A stretch of DNA of 64,000 nucleotides from Eledone cirrhosa. Taxonomy: Eukaryota. How positions within the stretch are numbered: position 1 is the stretch's first letter; every line of letters begins with the position of its first letter. Of the stretch, positions 54,918-64,000 are shown piece by piece. The stretch covers positions 92,628,001 to 92,692,000 of the forward strand of contig OZ024740.1 in the NCBI GenBank assembly GCA_964016885.1, in the 5' to 3' direction. The notes under the pieces were generated by a model. It was not told where the DNA came from, ran no database searches, and saw nothing but the letters and a program-made list of their open reading frames with translations. The translations under genes were made by a program, and so were the position numbers.

Positions 54918-55270
54918 AATGATATTAAATAAATGGAAACTATTTTTATAAAATCATATTTATTCTATTATATATATTTCAATGGTACAAAATCTTTGGT
55001 ACGCACTCATCAGATAAAATACAAAGTTTGTATTATAAATATTGAAATAACCAAGAAAAAATACCTTAACGGTTCAAGTTTTTCCTGGATAGACTAGCAA
55101 GGAAAATGTTGAACCGTTAAGGTATTCTTTCTTTGTTATGTCAATATTTATAAAACAAACTTTGTATTTTATTTGATGAGGGCGTACCAAAGTTTTGGTA
55201 CACTTGAAATATATATAATAGAATACATAATTTTTTATAAATATACTTTCCATTTATTTAATGTCATTCT
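54918..55270. mobile_element. Non-coding foldback element (about 170-bp arms), each arm carrying a hammerhead motif
   Basis: Arms mirror around GATAGACTAG (about 55088-55098). Motif (C/T)TGATGA-G(G/T)GCGTACC-loop-(G/T)GTAC..TT-GAAA-TATA-TA at 54961-55020 (minus) and 55165-55224 (plus). Confidence 0.7.
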
Positions 55271-55282
55271 ATATATATTAAA

Positions 55283-56060
55283 TCTGAATTTTTCGAATAT
55301 TAATAACAAAATTCGATTCGTTTGCAATTATGCAAACAAGCATCAATTTTATAGCCATGTCAGTAGAAAGAACACTTCATTATTGCTCTTATGTTGGCAT
55401 GAGAACAGATCTGCTGACACTAATGTATCTGGGTATCACCCTTCCTCAGTACAGCTCACGGTTCACCGGCTAAAACTGTCAGAGCTAGTGAAAATATATG
55501 CTATTATCAAAAATACACATTGACTGATCGGCCCCATTTGCATATTAGCAGACTGGCTTATCAGTCAGATCTGCATATTAGCAGATCCACTGATCAGCCA
55601 GATTTGCATATCAGAAGACTGGTCAGTCAGTTTCCTGTATACGAGCGAAAAATGCACGGCTTTGCAAAATTCAAATAAAAAAAGAAAATTTCGCTCTACA
55701 TGTCTGAATACAATAAATGTAAATGATTTGTTTGCAATTATGCATACAAGCCTCAAGTTTATAGCCATGTCAGTAGAATGAACACTTCATTCTTGGTCTT
55801 ATGTCGGCATGCGAACAAACAGAACTGCAGATACTACTGTTTCTGGGTATCACCCTTCATCCGTACAGCTCACTGTTCCCCTGCCAAACTGTCAAATCTA
55901 GTGAAAATTATATGGTATTTTCAAAAATACACAGTATTTGCAGACTCGCTATGAAATTGAGGCTTGTTTGCATAATTGCAAACGAATCGATTGTTATTAT
56001 TAATATTCGAAAAACTCAGATTACATTTCTTGTATTCCGCCATGTAGAGCGAAATTTTCC
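55283..56060. repeat. Composite direct/inverted repeat (MITE-like) with internal about 30-bp tandem
   Basis: 55318-55520 resembles 55728-55932 (direct). 55945-56060 is inverted relative to 55283-55355 and 55684-55765. AT(T/C)TGCATAT(T/C)AG(C/A)AGA occurs three times at 55537-55620. Confidence 0.7.
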
Positions 56061-56097
<37 letters not shown>

Positions 56098-56382
56098 GAT
56101 ATATAAAGAAAATTACGCCTGCGCAGACGCGCAGACCGGCGGGGGTGAATCGGGACTCATAGGGGAACGGGCGAACGATTCAAGAACACAAGCTTTGGCC
56201 GCTCCCTTGTCGATTCAATTTGGATTGCCTCGGAAACATAACCTTATTATGTAAGAAGCTGTCTGATGATGTCACGGCACAGGGACATCGAAGCTTGTGG
56301 CCACTGTTGTCATTGAAATATGTATCACAGCATTATCATTAAATGACGTTAACATTTGAAACTACTTCGCGCTTTATTATTC

Positions 56383-56474
<92 letters not shown>

Positions 56475-56899
56475 GCACATATACATATATACATATATAT
56501 ATGTATACAAGCGTGTGTGTATGTGCGTGCGTGAGTGTGTGTGTGTGTATGTATGTGTGTGTGTATGCGGGTGTGTGTGTGTGTCTTTGTCTGCATTCAT
56601 GTGCGTGTTTATGCAATACTGTGTTGGCAAAGCGTGTACAATAGATAAAAAAGAGACGACCTGTCCTAACGAATTTTATCTGTGATTTTTGATTGACAGT
56701 TTGAACGAGTGTACTTGTGTTGACCGGTTACAGCAGCCACTCTGCTCTAAATAGATCCGATATATTCATTGATTTGCCGCATCAATATGTTTGTTGTGAA
56801 ACATTCCTTATTTCGGATATTCCCCACATTCCCACTTGTCCAACTAAGGTTACACCATTGTCATGTGGTCTTGATCCGTATGAACAATACACGGATAAT

Positions 56900-59350
56900 G
56901 CTTCTAATATATAACTGCAACAGCTTCCGTATATGACCCTGTGAACCACTTACTTGGTTGCTGGGACATTTAATTATTGTCCATATATTGTTGCTATAAT
57001 TGGGTCCGAATTTCGAAAGTTGCATGTCCAAACCCTCATTTTGGATAGTTTGTCAAATGATATATTTGAATGCTGTATTTGCTCATGTGATCTCAGTCAC
57101 AGATATTTTATTCTTCAACCCTAGGTGCGCTTTGTATACATCGGAATATGCTACAGGGATCAGATTTACGTGAATAAAAAAAAGTATTATTCGTAGCTCA
57201 CTACGGTGCACCTGTCTTTAGTGAGACCACCTAATTTGTTTCCGGCAATAGTCCTACAATATTATGATCTGCAAACATATTTATTTTGGTAATCTAAAAT
57301 CAAATTCCTTTTAGCCTCAAAATCCCCTCATATCTAAACCTCTCATTACATTTTGTGCTGCGTCTTTTCGCATCTGTTTGTACTATGATTACAAAAAAGA
57401 GACCAGATTATACACTACCGGATCTGTATGCCCGATTCTTTGGTGACATCTTTAACCTCCAATTTGAACCGAGGTGTTCTGCAGAAACTATGTGGTACAA
57501 CCAGCCTCTCTTTTCACGAAATGTTACCGCTGAAGCTGAAGCAGCTCACTTGAAAATGTCCTCTGCAATTTAAGGAAATCTCTGAATCTGTATGTAATTG
57601 AACCTATTTACATTGTCTTGGAAACCTTATTTGCCAGTTAATCCAACGTTATGCCGTACGGTGATTATGTTGCTTTTTCTTTTACTTCAGCAATTCTCAA
57701 ATGGCAACTTAAATTTGGCAACCCAGTCCCTGTCAAAAAAACATATCGAACACATAATTAAATATATCAGACCAGGATTAAAAATGCAATCACACACCTC
57801 TATCCGAAATTGTCCTTATATCGCGCATACTTTCGAATATATCCGTACTGTAAAATGTTGGTGCAAACGGAGTGCCCATTGTTATAAGTGGTGTTGAATA
57901 AGGCCTATCTGATTGCACATAGATAGTGGTCACCAATTTTCCCAATAATTCTTTTCCATGTCCATTTATCAGTGTCAACATGTGTATTAAATTTCCCAGA
58001 ACGATAGAAAAAAGTATTCCTCTACATCAGCAGTGACGAAGTCAAGGAAGGACATGTATCCTTGTTCTTTGTTTGACATTCAGAAAGCACTATTTTAGTC
58101 TAAGCTTCACGTGACATGTCCCATACAACATTCTGAGAGCCAGTGGATCTTGTTTAAAAATGCTTCCACCTAAGTTGTTTATTCTGTCACCGGTTCTTAA
58201 TATTATATTTTCCACCGTCAATTTAAATCTACGTTGGGAATTTTATAGAACCTTGTTGTCGAAACGTCACCTAAATATAGCGGTTAGAATCCTATGTAAT
58301 TCACTCGTACTTTTGCCAGGTCTATAATGAGTGTGGCATTTAAATTCTCAATTTTTAATATTTACTCACGTCTGACTCTCTTTGGTTTAACTAAATAAAC
58401 AATACTTGTGGCTCCAGATTAATACTCCCACTGCAGGTCACAGGTCCACAACCAGACACTCCAGCCTGAAAAGAAGACGAAAGTATATTTTACGACCTGT
58501 CTACACAATGACAAAACGCTAATTTTGTTATACCGCACGAAAATCGAGGTTGTTTCATGTGTTTTAGGAAACGTCTATGGTTGAAGATGTTGTGGTTATT
58601 TTCACATCTTCATCAAATAGGTAATTTTCTCAGACCCATGTCTAGGCATTTACTCCGTCCTCGATTTCCACTGTTCACATCAAAGACCCAGTCAATGGAT
58701 TAACACTTTCTGTCTAATACTCCCACTTCGTCGACTATTTATCTGTAATCAGATCATAGACATCAAATCATTTAATAAAGCCCAGAATATTTATTGACAA
58801 ATATCCCCCAACAATAGTCTATAACGTCGTGATCTGTTCCCAACTAATTGACCGTGGTATAAATCTTACACTACATTATTGCCTACACCAATCAGTTCCA
58901 TTTTACTTCTACATAACCTTTTTAATTTATGAAATCATTCTCAATGTTCAGCTTCTCTAATCCGATCGCAGCTCCTTCAACATTTCCTCGGTCCATGTTT
59001 TCTTTCCTTTAAGCGCGCTCGCTACGTTTGTAATATCTTCGTTTACAGCAATATTTTTACTAAACAAGGATCGCACCTTTTCTTCGAACCTTATTGCCAC
59101 ACCATTCTGCCCATCAGCAATAAACCAACCTCGCTTCAACTAACAACCACCCTTTTAACATTCAGGTCTCCTTTAGTTGTGTATTCTCTAACCCTATCTA
59201 CTGCTTCGAATAGTTGTTGTTCTTCGCCTAAAGCATCGGTGAGATGTTTTTTTTCTTTCTCGACATCCCGCCACTTTCGATATCCTGGACATTCCATCAA
59301 AAACAAAAAAATGTAATGAGACCCTCTCCTTAACGAGTGAAACAAATTCA
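56900..59350 (-). pseudogene. Highly decayed CR1/L2-like LINE (ORF1 and ORF2 relics)
   Basis: Only weak motifs (ORF1-like KWRDVEKEKK..DRV..KRVVV..WTEEMLKELR; scattered ORF2-like peptides); many stops. Confidence 0.35.
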
Positions 59351-61034
59351 GACTAGCCTTTGAACAACAGTTGATTTTCCACCTATATAACTTCTAGGAA
59401 CCTGGATTAATCTGGATGCAACAGTTCATGGAGCCACACTATCACCTACATACACGGTTAGACATTTCGCAGGAAGTTCACAACATAGCATTCATTACAT
59501 TATCGCCTATTCTCTTCCATCTCTCTCTCTCGCTCTGCTTCCTACCACAGAAGCTATGTCTTATTATCGATGTTTAAATAACCACAATGATTACTCTGTC
59601 TAAGCAACTAAATACGAAATATCTTTAAAACGTTATAAAAATAGCTATATATACTGACTTATGTGCCGATATTTGGTGACATATTTATGTCAATTCAATT
59701 GAATTCACTCTAGCTACAGTTGCCGAATTATAACATATAAATACATTTCAAAATAATAGTCTCCCGAACAGACTATTATGAGTCTGCAATTTATTGATAA
59801 ATATTATGTTTCAAATACGTGCTTTGTTTCAGATCACATGCTTTTAAGCTGTAACTATGAAATGTACTTTTATATTTTCCTCACATTTTATCTGATAGTA
59901 TCACAAGGACACATACCCAAATTACAGACAATTTTTCTTTGGAAAGAAAAGTTAAACAAAAACACAATGTATTTATTATTATAAGAAAATAGAAAATAAA
60001 TATGGCTATAGTTTTTGTGTGATCATATGTATATTTGATTAAAGCTAATCGGGTTGAAAACTGCAAAAATAACAAAAAACTATTCATATATCTCATTACC
60101 AATTTTCTGTAAAAATTAGTTCCCTATTCTTTCTAGAATATAGCAATGTGTAGAAGCTTCTGTAATTTATTCGGCGATGCATGCTTAATATACACGTTAT
60201 ATTTTTAATGTGTGAACGGTAAATAGTATTGATGAATCATTCAACACACTGGAAAAGATAACCCATTTTTCGCGTTTTAATTTGACGGAATAGATGCCAT
60301 TTTAGGAATCTGATTTCTAAAATTGACAGAAGATTTTGCAAATGATGTGATTTATTATCTCTATTGAACACAGGATAGTTTATTCATTTCTATAATATTC
60401 TTCACTGATGCATCGTGTAAAACTTTATATTATTATTTCATTTTTGCTTTTAAATAATCCTAATTGCATTTGAAGCTCGCAAATTGAGGAAGGTTTAGTT
60501 CCATAAAGAACACGGTGAAGAGCCTGTAATTTAGATGTAACAAACGTCTCTAACAATCGGGTGTGTATGATTAATATTCTGTGTTAACTATAACTATTTC
60601 CTAATTGGTTCAACGTTCTGGAAGAATGGGATCATATAGTTATAAAACCTATTATGAAATTTGTAATACAAGGTATATGCTATAAATCATAAATCTAAAA
60701 CTAATTTTAGTAAGTCCAAAGTCTTATAACTAGATAATCAGTAACTATGATAATCAGCACGTACAGAATAGGAAATTGTGTTACAACGTTAGAAAATAAA
60801 GTATTTAGAAAGATTTGGTATATAGAATGAATCGGGTTTCGTGGTTTAGTGTTAACTTAAAATATATTTACACAATCATGTTGCCATTTATTCAGACAAG
60901 TATAACATTTCTCAACTAAACTGTTTTCAGCTTGATATTAACAAAAATCCAACTACAAAATATCCAACAGTAATATTATGTATATTGGGATACAAATTAC
61001 GTTTTGGAGAAAATCCAATAAGGAAAATTCAAAA

Positions 61035-61086
<52 letters not shown>

Positions 61087-61091
61087 ATATA

Positions 61092-61142
<51 letters not shown>

Positions 61143-61143
61143 A

Positions 61144-61182
<39 letters not shown>

Positions 61183-61652
61183 CACCTAGTTAAAATATAT
61201 CCTACAATAGCGTTGGAACTCAGTGTCGTCTGCATCAGTATATCAGTATGACACAAGGTTAAATTGGTTTTGCTGCGGAAGACTTGTATCTTATTATATG
61301 TTGCTGAGTTTTCAAAACTCTATAAATCGATTGAATAGAGAAAACAAAAAAAAGTTGTTCGGTGCTTACTTATTCTATTGATTTACAATCGTTTCAATGT
61401 AAACTTAACAATTAGGATATCGAAATATTGACCAATTGATAGCAGTTATGTTACTATAAATTATTAGCCTCGACAATATACGTTCATATCAACCTTTTCA
61501 TCTGTGAGAGAAACAGAATGAAAGTGATAGAGTGACAGACACAGAGAGAGATAATGATTAAAAAAGCCATACACAGTGATACAAATAATTTCAGGTTCGT
61601 CGGAAATGGATACACACAGACACATACACAAATATACATGTATCTGTGTATG

Positions 61653-61724
<72 letters not shown>

Positions 61725-61730
<6 letters not shown>

Positions 61731-62760
61731 ATACTTTGGGAGGGTCATGTTGCCAATAAGAAACACACGCACCAGCTGCTTTCACTTCAATTTATTATAT
61801 ATTTATAAATTTATAAATTCAGAAATCTACAAACTTATAAATTTCTGGTTGGTTGGCTCCACAACCAGATAGTTGTTTATATACAGTCATAGTCCTTTCG
61901 TCACACACTCTGTGACCTCTTCAGTGACTGGGGATTCCTTTCTTTGTTTCTGTGCCTTTCCTTTCTTCTGCCCTACGCCATTTTGTTTCTGTGTGTGTGT
62001 TGTGTGCTCAGTTTGCGAATGCGCCACATTCGGGTGTCTGTGTGTGTTTGTGTTCATTTATCTATTTGTTTATTTATTTATTTATTTATTTACATGTTGT
62101 TGGTTGGTTGTTTGTTCTATGTGTGTGTGTGTTTTCATTTTGTCCTTAATTGTAAGTTGTGATGTTGCTGTTCCACTCATATTTTCTGTTTAATTTTGGT
62201 TGTAATTCTTCTATGCTTACTGCCTCTGTAATTTGCCTAAACATCTTTTCTGTGTGTGGATTCTATTTTTATTTCTATGTTCTCTAATTTACCCTTGTGT
62301 TCTCTCTTAGCATGTTGGTAGAGCACAGATGATTCTTTATTATCTTGAAGGTCTCGCCAGTGTTCATTTATTCGATCCCCTATACTACGAGCTGTCTCAC
62401 CTATGTACACTATATTTTTGTTTCTACATTGTCCTTCAGTACATCTTATGCTATACACTACATTTCTAGTTTTACAGTTAATATGGGGGCTTATTTTACA
62501 GGTTATACATTTCTTATCTATACATGAGGGTCTTTGGAACGGGTATGTCTTGCTAATAAGTGTTTTTACGGAGGTACCTGGTCTTTCTACTATCTTAATA
62601 TTGAGTTTATGTTTATTTAGGGCCCTTCTAAATGTGTAGGCTAGTTCGCCTCTAGGGGTTGTATTGATGAACATTACACTCTGGTATTTATTGCTATCAT
62701 ACCATGAGTTTATTCTATTGGCCTTGTTCCTAGTTCTTTCTATTCTATTCCAAAATTTGC
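61725..62760 (-). mobile_element. 5'-truncated Penelope-like element: GIY-YIG plus pLTR with hammerhead
   Basis: ORF 62237-62674 (KIVERPGTSVK..CIDKKCITC..NVVYSIRC..YIGETARSIGDRINEH); pLTR shared with 36460-36715. Confidence 0.88.
61884..61930 (-). ncRNA. Minimal type I hammerhead ribozyme (canonical core)
   Basis: Reverse complement CAGTCA-CTGAAGA-G-GTCACA-gagtg-TGTGAC-GAAA-GGAC-TA-TGACTG: perfect 6-bp stems I and II. Confidence 0.82.
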
Positions 62761-62784
62761 TCCTATACTACTATATATATATAA

Positions 62785-63557
62785 TAGTAAAAAGGAAAAA
62801 GAAAATGCTGACGAATTTTTCCCAGTGAAAAATAGTTTAAATAGGAATAAGTATAAATTAGTAATAAGTATTGTTTAGTATTCAGTTTTAGTTTTAAGTT
62901 TTTACAGTTGCGCATTTCTAATGCTTTTCAAACATAATGTTGAGATAGAGCGCTCGTGATGTTTGCTCTAATCTGATCAGTTTTGGAAATTCTTCCTGTT
63001 TTATGAGAAAAAAGTGGCTCCAGAGGTATTAAGATTTGGTTGGTTGTTGAATGTCACGTGAATAAGTACTATAAATTTCGCGCCAATCCGTGTTGCAAAA
63101 ATTCTTGTAGTAAAAATAACTTTGATTGGTCGGTAGAGGTCACCTGAATGTTAAAAAATGATTTCAGCGCGAACTGGTTTGGCGCCAAATGTAGGTTTGT
63201 CGAAGTGTGTCCTTTTTCTCTTGACTGAGTTGCAGTCATGTTGAGAGTGTCACTGAAAAACATGTATATTAAGACAAATGTGTGTGTGTGTGTGTGTGTG
63301 TAGTAAAGATGTTCATTGTTGTGATAATGGTCAGTAGGGATGTGTTTGAGTTGCAGTCATGTTGAAAGGTCAACAGTTCAGGTGTCTATTAAGACAAATA
63401 TGTGTGTGTGCGATGTGTGTGTGTGTAGCAGAGTGGTTCGTGGAAGAGGGAATGAATCGGTTAGTAGGAATGTGTGTGTTGACGTGTCTGGGGGTATTTT
63501 AACATGTTGAAACATATTTTTCACCCACTGTCTTATACAGAGAAGTGTGTGTGTATG

Positions 63558-63622
<65 letters not shown>

Positions 63623-64000
63623 ATGGACCAGTTTTTTTGTGATACTGGTAAAAATGGTGTACATTATTCGGTATTTTCAGTCATTTGCAAAAACGATTCT
63701 CTCAAAAGAAGATCAAAAACATCAACAATAAAAGAGGTGATATGATGTATAATATTGTCATAGCATCAAGGTGTGTGTGAGTGTCCAGATTGTACATACT
63801 GCAAGGGGAATCCAGTAGGCCCTGCCGTATGGGATACTTGTGTACAACTATTTATGTGCCCATCAACGTGGAATTCATGTGTGCGTATGTGTATGTGTGT
63901 GTGTCGGCACGTTTATATCTATAAACATCAAAATGTATGCAAATTTGTGTATATTTGTGTTGCACCATAGGACACGTGTGTGTACGCATGTCATTTTTTT
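62785..64000 (-). mobile_element. 3' UTR/pLTR of another PLE copy (family of 10707-12775), continuing beyond the window
   Basis: Collinear similarity with 10707-11830, including the GCAA-variant hammerhead at 62899-62934. Confidence 0.8.

Noticed and set aside
55537-55620. CRISPR-like repeat-spacer pattern
   Set aside because: Eukaryotic context, degenerate tandem units without unique spacers, no cas genes.
56265-56300. CTGATGATGTC..GACATCGAAGCTT hammerhead-like string
   Set aside because: GAAA box is altered and mis-spaced, stem I is mostly G-U pairs, and there is no second copy; at best a decayed pLTR.

Overview
Eukaryotic, AT-rich, microsatellite-dense DNA; the SINE, LINE and Penelope content is most consistent with an octopus/cephalopod genome (inference). 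No host gene can be called confidently, and most long ORFs in the track are (TA)n/(CA)n/(GA)n artefacts. The window is largely transposable-element debris: at least 7 Penelope-like element (PLE) copies or remnants, 3 L1/Tx1 LINEs, 3 RTE fragments, CRE and CR1-like relics, about 9 copies of a tRNA-derived SINE, and hAT, piggyBac, Helitron and foldback elements. The main find is a young, near-complete GIY-YIG PLE at about 48.7-54.5 kb. It is bicistronic: an uncharacterised ORF1 (421 codons if one TAA is read through) overlaps the RT-endonuclease ORF in the -1 frame. The overlap contains a correctly phased U_UUU_UUA slippery heptamer in the context UUUUUUAGGGAA, the same as the HIV-1 gag-pol site, followed by a potential hairpin. 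The unit is bracketed by pseudo-LTRs carrying variant (U3-A8) minimal hammerhead ribozymes. Several further hammerhead variants and unusual inverted insertion structures occur across the window.
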